64,000 bases of DNA, taken from assembly GCA_964016885.1 (NCBI GenBank), contig OZ024740.1, positions 434,001 to 498,000 on the forward strand. The letters run 5' to 3'. Below, in pieces: positions 13,498 to 26,445 of the stretch (the stretch's first letter is position 1; the number at the start of each line of letters is the position of its first letter). The position numbers and the translations under genes were made by a program. The notes under the pieces were generated by a model. That model had not been told where the DNA came from. It was given only the letters and a program-made list of their open reading frames with translations, and ran no database searches. The stretch comes from Eledone cirrhosa (Eukaryota).

Positions 13498-13540
13498 ACG
13501 ATGTACTAGTTTCAAGCTTCTTAGCTATCATCAACACCGT
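13498..13540 (-). ncRNA. Hammerhead copy in the opposite arm, C3U core substitution
   Basis: Reverse complement reads ACGGTG-TTGATGA-TAGCTAAGAAGCTT-GAAA-CTAG-TA-CATCGT. Confidence 0.7.
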
Positions 13541-13950
13541 ATACCCTTCTGCCAGATGGTTGAACGTTCGAAAGTATATACTTTCCTTATGAAAATTAAC
13601 GGCTGAGCAGCCTAATTTGCATATCGAGTGAGTTCAGTCGGCCAGGCGCACCGAAAACGATAAGTTGGAATAGGATGAAACGAAATTTCATTTCTCACTC
13701 CTAGTACGGCACTTACTTAAATGTAAGTATGTATGTATACGTACGTACATACATATATGTATACAGACGTACAGTAGCATGCATATATATATATATATAT
13801 ACATATATACATACAGGTACACATATATATATGTACGTATCAGTTTAGCGGACTATTCCAACTTATCGTTTTCGGTGCGCCTGGCCGACTGAACTCACTC
13901 GATATGCAAATTAGGCTGCTCAGCCGTTTTTTTTCATAAGGAAAGGGTAT

Positions 13951-13993
13951 ACGGTGCTGATGATAGCTAAGAAGCTTGAAACTAGTACATCGT
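13951..13993 (+). ncRNA. Minimal type-I hammerhead ribozyme, intact core
   Basis: ACGGTG-CTGATGA-T-AGCT(AAGA)AGCT-T-GAAA-CTAG-TA-CATCGT. Stem I is 6 bp with one GU, stem II is 4 bp, and stem III is the palindrome ACTAGT. Confidence 0.8.
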
Positions 13994-14220
13994 TCCTGTG
14001 TCAGTATTGAACAAAAAGGTGACGTGGTTGCCTTAACACCGTACGGCATAAAACAGGCTGTCCGTTTGTTTACAAACGGACAAAGCGGGCGTTATAATAA
14101 ACGTCCGCTAAACTGATACGTACATATATATATGTGTACCCGATAAATTAACGGAGGCATAGGCCCTCGCTATTCCCTGTAACCAATGTGCTCAAAGGAG
14201 AAGAAATCCTGTGCTCTTTA

Positions 14221-14491
14221 AAATACAATATGTTGAAAAGGTAACACACCAGAGAGAGATATACAGTGCGCTATGAATAAAACAGGGAAAAAAACCACCA
14301 GTATATGGAATCTATAACCTATGAAAGGCAGACTATAGACGCGATAATTAAAAATATAAATTAATTATCGTTTCTATAGTCTGCCTTTCATAGGTTATAG
14401 ATTCCATACACTGGTGGTTTTTTCCCCTGTTTTATTGATAGCGCACTGTATATCTCTCTCTGGTGTGTTACCTTTTCAACATATTGTATTT
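14221..14491. repeat. Near-perfect palindrome, arms about 130 bp, 9-nt loop
   Basis: aaatacaatatgttgaaaaggtaacacaccag...cgataattaa / ttaattatcg...ctggtgtgttaccttttcaacatattgtattt. Confidence 0.93.
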
Positions 14492-14745
14492 GTGGTTGGT
14501 GTTAGGAAGGGCATCCAGCAGTAGAAAACCCGCCAGACAGTCCACGGTGTAATGTGGCCGTGTAGGCAACACGGTAAAAACCTCCCACACTGTAAATGTG
14601 GTTGGTGTTAGGAAGGGCATCCAGCTGTAGAAAACCCGCCAGACAGTCCTATGCGAGCAAGACAACCACTCTTGCCTCAAGTGGGAAAACTCCCTTCCAA
14701 GCCCATGCAAGCGTGGAACATGAACGTTAAACGATGATGATGATG
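14491..14745 (+). mobile_element. RTE 3'-end fragment with an internal duplication
   Basis: gtggttggtgttaggaagggcatccagc...ccagacagtcc is present twice; (GAT)n tail. Confidence 0.85.
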
Positions 14746-14779
14746 TGTGTGTATATATATATATATATGTGTATATATA

Positions 14780-14867
<88 letters not shown>

Positions 14868-14897
14868 TAGTAACACAAAAAACACAAAGTATATATA

Positions 14898-14999
<102 letters not shown>

Positions 15000-15439
15000 T
15001 CTGCTGCTATTACTATGATGCTGCTGAGTAAGGTTGGTAGGTGCTTTAGAAGCAGACAGACCTTTTTTTAGAACTGATTAAATCTTACTGCACTGTGTAA
15101 GTGCATATAAACGATAGAAAATATAAATTGTCATTCAGTGATATGTTGTTATGATGTATGAAAGTTCTGTTGCTATTCATGTGTGAATGTTACCAGCCAT
15201 TGTTGAAGTTAAGCATTTCAAGTAGTATGGAGGAGAATGTTGTTACTATAATTCCATTCACTTCTTCTTATGTAACACTCTACCTAACTCTAACTAATCA
15301 ACTGTTTTAACACTCCCAGCTCATGATAAACTCATTGTTTTCTACACTGATTTGCTCTCTTTTTACTTTACTTTTTTTTTTTTAAGGGTTAAATAAAGCT
15401 GCTTCTTCTTCGTTCTTTCTTCTTCTCCTCCTCCTTCTT

Positions 15440-15668
15440 CACCTACTTATTCCTGATAGGGTCATGGGGGCAGAGCCTTCAAACGCCCTTTCCAGAAGGT
15501 CCTGTCAAGAGCAACCGTCTCCAACTAATCCTACTGGATCCCCAAGTGTGACCAACCAAGGTCACGGTTGTTATCCATCCATCTTGCTTAGGATCTACCC
15601 CTAGGTCTCTTGCCGATTGGTTTTGCCTGTAAAATCTGTCCGATTCTTTCCTGAGACATTCTAGCTAC
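15440..15668 (-). mobile_element. 3' end of an older RTE family, degenerate
   Basis: Similar to 36378-36570, whose minus strand reads RGKLRARWLDNI; (CTT)n tail on the + strand. Confidence 0.5.
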
Positions 15669-15997
15669 AAATAAAGCAACATAGATAAAGTCATAGATAA
15701 GCACCAGCATAGCTGTGTAATTGAGAAGTTCATTTTACAAGCATGAGGAGTTTTTATGTACGGCTAGTGTTTTCTATTGTAGATGAAAATTGTACAGAAA
15801 CCCATCATATATTTCAGCATGTCTTCAGAAAGATACTTCTTGGGCACTGGTTGGTATCTTTCCTCCTCTAAGTGATTACAAAATATTTTACAGTAAATTT
15901 TCAAATTGCTTTATTTTCAAACAAAAAGGGACTTAAAATGCTTGACTGGTTGACTACTTTTACCATTTTGACATAAAATAATAACTCATAACTCATT

Positions 15998-16074
<77 letters not shown>
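15998..16074. repeat. (TG)n microsatellite
   Basis: Direct reading. Confidence 0.97.
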
Positions 16075-16075
<1 letters not shown>

Positions 16076-17043
16076 ACACATGCTCTCTCACACGTGACCT
16101 ACCTCCTTCAACGCATTTCTTGAATCTCTCTCACTCTTTTACTTACTCTCTCTATATATATGGTGTCAAACTGATACTGGACCAATCAACACATCAAATA
16201 TATATTATTACCCGTTAAATTCCACTTTTTATCACTACACTATCCATTAATTTCTACTCTTTATCACTACCTGTCCATTAAATTCCATTCTTTTATTACT
16301 ATATCATCCCTTAAATTCTACTCTTTATAACTACACTGTCCATTGTCCTCTACCATTTTCCTTATTGCCATATTATTTATGAAGAGAATAATTATGTAGT
16401 AGTTGGATACAACAATCCCAGTGAGATGATGTTTTATAGTTTCTCGTTAAGTGTATCATGTTTCTAAATTCTAATGCTATGGTTACTGATTATCGTGACT
16501 AAAATATATACAAGTATTATGTTAATGGTCAACAAACAATATAGCAGTAATATATTAAAACACACAATGCTGTGTGTACACTGAGTTTTATAAAACTAAA
16601 CACACCTAATCCCTGCATGTTATAAAAGGTGACTAAAAGTGTTGGCATCTGGCTGTAAAACATTGTCACAAAGCATCCCCTGCAACCGATGCTAGCATAA
16701 AAATGTGAACACAAAAATAATGATGACATAGATACAGATACATACGTTTGTATGTGTATTTGAAAGAAGAATTATTTATTTAAACCAACATATTACTGGT
16801 ATTTACCTTAACGCCAATTAAATGACAGGATATGTCATCATCATCATTATCATCATCATCTATAGTTTTGTTTTCCACACTAACATAGGTTGAATGAGAT
16901 TTCCCTAGACAGAATTTTACAGCCATCCTGACATCAACCTCCCAGTGAGGTATGGCTAAACTACTAGACATCTGCTTATGTAGGTTATAAATGCAAGTTA
17001 CTCCCTGCATTAACCATATCAGACACAAAACAAACAAATATTA

Positions 17044-17225
17044 AGGCATGTGGCCTGGTGGTTAGAGTGTTGGACTCACCATCATAAGATCAGTTGCTGG
17101 ACTAGGCTGTTCATTGTGTTCTTTAGGGAAATGCTTCATTTCATGTTGCGCCAATCCACTCTGCTGCAAAATGAAATGAAAATGAGTACCAACAGCAGCT
17201 GAGTATTAACTGCTGCAATGGATTG
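17044..17225 (+). mobile_element. tRNA-derived SINE, second family, degenerate
   Basis: A-box-like tggcctggtggttagagtg followed by a core-like cttcatttcatgttg...ccactctgctgcaaaatg...gagtacc. Confidence 0.5.
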
Positions 17226-17520
17226 GAAACCTACGAGATGCAACCTTGTAGGAGGTCAGCTAAACTTGCATGGGTTTCAGCTGTAACGACACAACACACA
17301 GTCACACATGATGCGGTCCATTTTGTTTTTGTCTATCAAATCATTCAATTGTCATTGTTCAGCCTGTGACTAAAGTAGAAAGCACTGGCCCAAGGTGTCA
17401 CAGAGTGGGATAGAACCCAAAACCAAAACATTGTGAAGCAAACTTCATAATCACACAATCATATCTCTTGTTATTAGAATCCAATAATGGTGTGGTGATC
17501 ATTGGGGAACAAAATTCTTT

Positions 17521-19824
17521 CAATTGATCCTTTGTTTGATTCACAGTAACCTCAGCTGACTCTTTGGTTCACAGTAACACTAACTGATCCTTTGATTCAC
17601 AGTAACACTAGCTGATACTTTGGTTCACAGTAACACCAACTGATCCTTTGGTTTACAGTAACACTAACTGATCCTTTGGTTCACAGTAACACCAACTGAT
17701 CCTTTGATGCACAGTAACACCAACTGATCCTTTGATTCACAGTAACACCAACTGATCCTTTGGTTTATAGTAACACCAACTGATCCTTTGGTTCACAGTA
17801 ACACTAACTGATCCTTTGGTTCACAGTAACACCAATTGATCCTATGATTCACAGTAACACCAGCTGATCCTTTGGTTCACAGTAACACCAACTGATCCTT
17901 TGGTTCACAGTAACACCAATTGATCCTATGATTCACAGTAACACCAGCTGATCCTTTGGTTCACAGTAACACCAACTGATCCTTTGAGTCACAGTAACAC
18001 CAACTGATCCTTTGAGTCACAGTAACACCAACTGATCCTTTGGTTCACAGTAACACCAACTGATCCTTTGGTTCACAGTAACACCGACTGATCCTTTGGT
18101 TCACAGTAACACCGACTGATCCTTTGGTTCACAGTAACACCAACTGATCCTTTGGTTCACAGTAACACCAACTGATCCTTTGGTTCACAGTAACACCAAT
18201 TGATCCTATGATTCACAGTAACACCAGCTGATCCTTTGGTTCACAGTAACACCAACTGATCCTTTGAGTCACAGTAACACCAACTGATCCTTTGAGTCAC
18301 AGTAACACCAACTGATCCTTTGGTTCACAGTAACACCAACTGATCCTTTGGTTCACAGTAACACCGACTGATCCTTTGGTTCACAGTAACACCGACTGAT
18401 CCTTTGGTTCACAGTAACACCAACTGATCCGTTGGTTCACAGTAACACCAACTGATCCTTTGGTTCACAGTAACACCAACTGATCCTTTGATTCACAGTA
18501 ACACCAACTGATCCTTTGAGTCACAGTAACACTAACTGATCCCTTGATTCACAGTAACACCAACTGATCCTTTGGTTCACAGTAACACCAACTGATCCTT
18601 TGATTCACAGTAACACCAACTGATCCTTTGGTTCACAGTAACACCAACTGATCCTTTGATTCACAGTAACACCAACTGATCCTTTGGTTCACAGTAACAC
18701 CAACTGATCCTTTGATTCACAGTAACACCAACTGATCCTTTGAGTCACAGTAACACCAACTGATCCTTTGATTCACAGTAACACCAACTGATCCTTTGAT
18801 TCACAGTAACACTAACTGATCCTTTGGTTCACAGTAACACCAACTGATCCTTTGGTTCACAGTAACACCAACTGATCCTTTGGTTCACAGTAACACCAAC
18901 TGATCCTTTGATTCACAGTAACACCAACTGATCCTTTGGTTCACAGTAACACCAACTGATCCTTTGGTTCACAGTAACACCAACTGATCCTTTGATTCAC
19001 AGTAACACCAACTGATCCTTTGGTTCACAGTAACACCAACTGATCCTTTCATTCACAGTAACACCAACTGATCCTTTGATTCACAGTAACACCAACTGAT
19101 CCTTTGGTTCACAGTAACACCAACTGATCCTTTGATTCACAGTAACACCAACTGATCCTTTGATTCACAGTAACACCAACTGATCCTTTGATTCACAGTA
19201 ACACCAACTGATCCTTTGGTTCACAGTAACACCAACTGATCCTTTGATTCACAGTAACACCAACTGATCCTTTGAGTCACAGTAACACCAACTGATCCTT
19301 TGATTCACAGTAACACTAACTGATCCTTTGGTTCACAGTAACACCAACTGATCCTTTGGTTCACAGTAACACCAACTGATCCTTTGGTTCACAGTAACAC
19401 CAACTGATCCTTTGATTCACAGTAACACCAACTGATCCTTTGGTTCACAGTAACACCAACTGATGCTTTGATTCACAGTAACACCAACTGATCCTTTGGT
19501 TCACAGTAACACCAACTGATCCTTTGATTCACAGTAACACCAACTGATCCTTTGAGTCACAGTAACACCAACTGATCCTTTGATTCACAGTAACACCAAC
19601 TGATCCTTTGATTCACAGTAACACTAACTGATCCTTTGGTTCACAGTAACACCAACTGATCCTTTGGTTCACAGTAACACCAACTGATCCTTTGGTTCAC
19701 AGTAACACCAACTGATCCTTTGATTCACAGTAACACCAACTGATCCTTTGATTCACAGTAACACCAACTGATCCTTTGAGTCACAGTAACACCAACTGAT
19801 CCTTTGAGTCACAGTAACACCAAC
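17521..19824. repeat. 28-bp minisatellite, about 82 copies
   Basis: Unit aactgatcctttggttcacagtaacacc with variants ggtt/gatt/gagt; no spacers. Confidence 0.97.
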
Positions 19825-20749
19825 AGGTCCTGACAAAGAAAACATTTTATTTTTTTCTGTAGTGACTGAAAAGTACATTGAAATATGTGTTAACTCTGAA
19901 AAGAGCTTTTAACAAGGCATGAGCTGATAATATTGATTAATGCAAAAATTAAGTTTGCTAATTATAAAAGACATTCATGAATTATGGATGAAAAACTCCA
20001 GTTATTTTTGATTTTTGGCCTTAACATCATTAGAGTTGATGTTTTTAATAGCATTTTTTTTTTCATGCTATTTACGCTCTGAATAACTTGAATATGGCAT
20101 CGCTCCATGTGTTCAAATCTAAAATCATTTCACTATGTAATCTATGTGATCATGGATGTGGGAACATTTAACCTTTCTGATGCCAAACCACCTGAAACCA
20201 TGCTTGCTTATACAATACTAAGCTGCTTCTTCTTCACCCACTTATTCGTGAGAGGGACTGATCTCTCAATTCGGAGAAGTAGTGGCTCTACCTAGAGTGA
20301 TTCTCTGATCTCCGAACTATGCACTCTATTGAGTAATGTTACTCCAAAGACCCTTCAGGACCCCATTTCAACCGCTTGTATTTACTATTGTATTTTGGGG
20401 GTCATTATCCAGTTTTTTTTTGTTTTTTTTTGCCTGCAGACAGATACTCTAATTCTAGCTGAACATAAACAACGTGTCTCAGCAGTTTTACAAATATCAT
20501 GCCCAGTATCCATCCTCTTTTCATTAAATTATAAGAGATGAAAATAAACAAAGGAGATAAAAATCAATAACACTCTGTCTATATCATATCATATCATGTT
20601 ATGTTATATGTGTGCCACTTCCTATTACTGATTGGATCATTGTGGCAGCCCCATGGGGAGATTCAGAGTCATCAAATGTATCAAAAGATTGTCTGCCCTG
20701 TATGGCCCATATTTCTCCTAATCGTATATATCTTATAATAACACATAAA

Positions 20750-21045
20750 CATGGTTGAGTGGTTGGCAACTAAACCAGCTCCCTCACCAGACCAGAGTCT
20801 GGTGAGGAGGGTAAATGGAACCCCAGCAGCACAAAAAACAAGAGTTGTTAAAAGGGTAGATGAACTCCTCAGTCAACGGCTATCCACCCCAAATATGGGT
20901 TAAATAGCCTCACCAACCCACAATTTACCAAATATGGCGAGTATGGCTACACCCTTGGCATGACCAAAGCCAAACAGAAAGTGGTGGTGGTAAACTAGAG
21001 TGGAGTTTCTTCAACAAGAGTAAGAAAGCCCTGGATTGGATTAGG
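20750..21045 (+). mobile_element. Probable retrotransposon 5'UTR fragment
   Basis: Hairpin ctcaccagac-caga-gtctggtgag; motif order shared with 3421-3610. Confidence 0.4.
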
Positions 21046-21061
21046 ACATATAAACATAACC

Positions 21062-21535
21062 ATCTATCTATCTAAGGCGGGTAAAATTCCCGAGATCCAT
21101 GGACAAGTTCTCTCCAGCGGTCTCTGTCCCTCATTATCACTGCCATGTCCTGCATCTCCAACAGACCAGTGTCTGACCTTAGGGCATCAACATACGTTAA
21201 CCTTGGTCTTCCTCTTCTAGTGTGTCCATGTAGGGGCTCCCAAAGGAGTACTGAGTGCAATGTCAACTCTGGATGTCGGTGAGCATGTCCAGCTAACCTC
21301 AGTCTCCTCTGTGTCACTTTTGAGCTGACTTTTGGGATGCTCCCATACAGCTCTGAGTTTTTCATCCTCAGTGTGTACTGATTAATGTTCAGAGCCATCC
21401 TCAGCATTCTCGTGTAGCACCCATCCACCATCTGAGTGAGTTTCTTGGTCAGTGTCCAAGTCTCAGACCCGTACAGCAGCACAGACTCCACTACAGCAAT
21501 GAAGAGGCGGATTTTCAGGTCTCTATGTAACTCTG
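21062..21535 (-). mobile_element. RTE-clade LINE 3' fragment (different family)
   Basis: VESVLLYGSETW, YTRMLRMAL, RRLRLAGH, RGRPRLTY and RDRDRW are C-terminal RTE motifs. Confidence 0.9.
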
Positions 21536-24500
21536 AAAGTTCTGTAAAAGATATATTTATCAGATCTTAAAAATGTTCTTTTAAGAGACATGTCTATTGT
21601 ATTGGCTCTGAAATATTCAAAGAATTAGGATATTTCCTTGTAAAATGTTATATCTGCAATCAAAATGAAATGTTAAAAAGCCTTATTCTTAATTATTATT
21701 TTTTATTTATATATATAAGCTATTTCTAATTATTGTTGGAATGTTTCCTTAATTTGGGAGGAAATGGGTGGTGTATAAAAAAATAATGCTTTTGATGTGT
21801 GTGTGTGTGTGTGTTATTTGGAATTTTGCTAACAAAACTTAAAAGTACATCCAAATTAAAATAATCTATTTAGGTGTTGCTGTATTGTACATAGTAGGAA
21901 ACTAATTTTAATATTTTAAATGATTTCAACCACAAAATGATCTGTCTAAATATGGGAAGGATCAGGAGAGAGAACTCCTTGTTGGCATGTCCCCAGGAGG
22001 GGAACAACCTTTAAATATATATAGGTTAGCAGTGAATAAGGAAATAAATTTTCCTGGACCGAGCTCAGCTGCCCTTTTGGCAAAGTATAGGACTCAGCAA
22101 GCCTCAGACCACCTGATCTTATTAGATCACGATGGTGTCAAATTTGCAGGCATTAAAGCAAAGAAAAGAATGACTTGTGATATTTGTTGTTCTGAGTTCA
22201 AATATCATTGTGACCTGCTTGGGTATCAGATTTAATTGGTCACCCAGTTTAACACCACCACCACCTCAGGCTTGGGTGACTTTAATGGAATTCACTTTTG
22301 TTGCAAGTTTTCAGGCTATGTCTCCAGTTTAAGGACACCTTCCTCTGTCCCTCTTTTCAGTCCTGAAAGCCCCGATTAAAGAGAAAAACAGAAAAGAAAA
22401 AGTTCCACTCTAGAATCTTGGTTATTTTTTAAATGAATTGAAATACTTTCTAGTTTCCAAGAAGACCGTGGATCGGTTAAACGGTTAATATGCAATCTTT
22501 TAAAATTCGTAATATTGTATCTTTAATCACATGTAATTAATAACTAATTATTAAGTTTCTGTAAGTGTTTTTCAGTATAATAGTTTAAAGCTGAAACATT
22601 GGAATAAAAAATATAAAAGCAAACTCCATTAGTTTGATCCAGAAATATGTATCTTGAAATTTACACCTGTATTTACAGGAGATCGAAGCTTTCTTTTCTC
22701 TATTGTCTGCAAGATTATTGATAAAAATGTAACTTATATTCATCATTATCATCGTTCAACAATTGTAACAAACAGTCATAATTCTTCACTGTACTTTACA
22801 GCTTTTATAATCAGTTGTGGTCCCATAATTAGCCCTGATCATTGGTGAGACTGGAATACCTAGACAAAACTTGAACTTGACCACCCAGAACCAGAACTAA
22901 CACCACAAGGTATCCTGTCTGATATAACAATTCTCTCAATCCACCATCATAGATTAGTACATTATTTTATTGACCTTAGAAGAATAAAAGGTAAAGTTGA
23001 TCTCAGCAGGATTTGAACCCAGAACACACAGAGCTAAAACAAATACCACAAAGCATTTAATCCAACATTTGGAAACTGAACCAATTTACTGCCTTCAATG
23101 ATTATCACAGTAATAAATTAGAAGTGGTGTAGGGAAGACAGATTTTTAGCAAGCAAAGAAACTATTTTTGTTTTGTTTATTGTTTATTGTTTTTACGTTT
23201 CTCCATTCATATATTATTGCTAAATTGAAGTTGGCCAATTACTTGGCATGTTGTCAAATGGCACTTCATATAAAAGAACACCAGCAAATATGAATTGAAA
23301 TAAATCAATGTATTGCTGTATTGTTTCAGGTTTGCAGTAGAGAAGGTTTTTAATGTTGGCGGCTAACTGTACTTGGTAGTACTAGGTGGTCATTAGCTCT
23401 GAACTTATAGTTAATAAGTGACCACCTCATTCCAGGCTCGATTCCACTGAATTGCTCATGTCATCCAGTTTGCAGTAGTAACTGCTACTTTAATATCTAA
23501 TTGTAGTTATTTGTATTTGATGCATTATGCTTTTGTTGTTGTTTCTTAACTGTTTAATCAGGGTGGGGACAGTACCAATAACCTTTTTTTTTTTTTTCAG
23601 AGCTTTTTAGGCTAATAAAAAGGAGGGAAGCAGGTATTCTCAAGCCAAAGATCTGGCTTGAATGCTTGCTACAAAATGACTTGCTAATAGCACCCATCGA
23701 CTAGATAGTGGTGTTAAACTGGGCAAAAGATTAAAGTCTTCCACTTGAGTAAGCCACAGCAAGATTTGACAGCTATTTCTAGCAGGCCTAGTAACCTAGT
23801 ACCATGCTTTGCTGCAATAGAAGGAAGTGGTACTTTAAGATAATGAGTTATTCTCAGACCAGTGACCTTGTCCAAGTTTAATCAGACAAAAGGCTATATC
23901 TCCCACAATAGAACTGATACTGTTCATCTAACAGGCTTCCACAATGTTTGGTCAACCTGAAGTTATGGCAGAAGAAACTTGCCCAAGAAAAATCATATAG
24001 AATGAATGGGTGGTAAATTAAAGAAGTTGTCAAAGCATAGAACAAAATGCCCCTTGGCTTAAAGTTCAAATTCTGCTATAGTCAACCTTGCCTTTCGTCC
24101 TCTCAGGGCATCATAAAATACCAGTTCAACGTAGTGGATAAGCTGAATTTTTAAAGTGTTGCCTATTTACCAGGGAGGGAAGGATAATGCCTCTAAGACA
24201 ACTAGTCAACTAGTGCTGGTGAGAGAGGTGTCCCCAAACCAAGTGATAGATTAAGTCTACCACACAAGTATACCACTGGGATTTGAACTCAGACCACAAA
24301 AAGCCAGAGCAGATACTATAGGGCATTTCATTCAATGCTCTTTAACAATTCCTCTAATTCACTGCTCTAGATTGACAATTTATTTAATCACTCTCCACCA
24401 CCCCCACCCCCACCCACCCCGAAAGGTAAAGTTAATCTCCATGGGTAAAGTAGCAGAGTCACTCCTACTAAGTAGTTAATTTTATTTATTTTATTATATT

Positions 24501-24830
24501 TTTCTCCCCATTTTAATAGTATAAAATTATCCAGCAATTGTTGTCTTATCAGTGGTCCATACCATCCTGTCAGTTCATTAATTACAAAGGTTTTTTTGTT
24601 TTTTTGTTTTTTTGCTGATAAAAGAACATTCCATTCCAATGGGTGTCTTCTATCTTCTTAATTTATAGAAGTACACCTAGTAGAGCAGAAACCTTAACTT
24701 CATCAGGGATCCTCCAACTGTTTCCACGATGAGCATTCAGTTATTCAATCAACTAAGCATCCTACTCATTAAATTAAAGTGTAACTAGCTGACACATAAA
24801 GTGGTAATGTCACTACCTTGACAAAACGAA

Positions 24831-26445
24831 CCCAGTCCAAACTCTAAAGTAGTGGTAGTGCTGGTGTAATAATAAAATGTACCCAGTCCACACTATAAAG
24901 TGGTAGTGCTTGTGTAATAATAAAATGTACCCAGTCCACACTATAAAGTGGTAGTGCTGGTGTAATAATAAAATGTACCCAGTCCACACTATAAAGTGGT
25001 AGTGCTGGTGTAATAATAAAATGTACCCAGTCCACACTATAAAGTGGTAGTGCTTGTGTAATAATAAAATGTACCCAGTCCACACTATAAAGTGGTAGTG
25101 CTGGTGTAATAATAAAATGTACCCAGTCCACACTATAAAGTGGTAGTGCTTGTGTAATAATAAAATGTACCCAGTCCACACTATAAAGTGGTAGTGCTGG
25201 TGTAATAATAAAATGTACCCAGTCCACACTATAAAGTGGTAGTGCTGGTGTAATAATAAAATGTACCTAGTCCACACTATAAAGTGGTAGTGCTTGTGTA
25301 ATAATAAAATGTACCCAGTCCACACTATAAAGTGGTAGTGCTTGTGTAATAATAAAATGTACCCAGTCCACACTATAAAGTGGTAGTGCTGGTGTAATAA
25401 TAAAATGTACCCAGTCCACACTATAAAGTGGTACTGCTAGTGTCATGATAAAATGTACCCAGTCCAGACTCTAAAGTAGTGGTAGTGCTGGTGTAATAAT
25501 AAAATGTACCCAGTCCACACTATAAAGTGGTAGTGCTGGTGTAATAATAAAATGTACCCAGTCCACTATAAAATGGTAGTGCTGGTGTAATAATAAAATG
25601 TACCCAGTCCACACTATAAAGTGGTAGTGCTAGTGTCATGATAAAATGTACCCAGCCTACACTATAAAGTGGTAGTGTGGTGTAATAATAAAATGTACCC
25701 AGTCCACACTATAAAGTGGTAGTGCTGGTGTCATGATAAAATGTACCCAGCCTACACTATAAAGTGGTAGTGCTGGTGTAATAATAAAATGTACCCAGTC
25801 CACACTATAAAGTGGTAGTGCTAGTGTCATGATAAAATGTACCCAGTCCACACTATAAAGGGGTAGTGCTGGTGTCATGATAAATGTACCCAGTCCACAC
25901 TATAAAGTGGTAGTGCTAGTGTCATGATAAAATGTACCCAGTCCACACTATAAAGTGGTAGTGCTAGTGTCATGATAAAATGTACCCAGTCCACACTATA
26001 AAGTGGTACTGCTAGTGTCATGATAAAATGTACCCAGTCCACACTATAAAGTGGTAGTGCTAGTGTCATGATAAAATGTACCCAGTCCACACTATAAAGT
26101 GGTAGTGCTAGTGTCATGATAAAATGTACCCAGCCTACACTATAAAGTGGTAGTGCTAGTGTCATGATAAAATGTACCCAGCCTACATTGTAAAGTGGTA
26201 GTGCTAGTGTCATGATAAAATGTACCCAGCCTACACTGTAAAGTGGTGGTGCTGGTGTCATGATAAAATGTACCCAGTGCAGACTGTAAAGTGGTAGTGC
26301 TGGTGTCATGATAAAATGTACCCAGTGCAGACTGTAAAGTGGTAGTGCTGGTGTCAGGATAAAATGTACCCAGTGCAGACTGTAAAGTGGTAGTGCTGGT
26401 GTCATGATAAAATGTACCCAGTCCAGACTGTAAAGTGGTAGTGTT
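24831..26445. repeat. 48-bp minisatellite, about 34 copies, derived from the RTE 3'UTR repeat unit
   Basis: Unit cccagtccacactataaagtggtagtgctggtgtaataataaaatgta, followed by a degenerate remainder of the RTE tail (26520-26718). Confidence 0.95.

Larger units (their letters stand above)
13271..14140. mobile_element. Penelope-like terminal-repeat (pLTR) fragments in inverted arrangement
   Basis: Inverted arms at about 13349-13673 and 13853-14140, each carrying a hammerhead motif. Short direct duplications 13271-13321 = 13660-13711 and 13340-13389 = 13807-13853. Confidence 0.65.

Noticed and set aside
13614-13621. Octamer ATTTGCAT as an snRNA distal element
   Set aside because: No snRNA sequence or PSE was recognised nearby; it lies within a repeat arm.
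17521-19824. CRISPR-like array (28-bp repeat)
   Set aside because: The units are directly head-to-tail with no unique spacers, there are no cas genes, and the context is eukaryotic.
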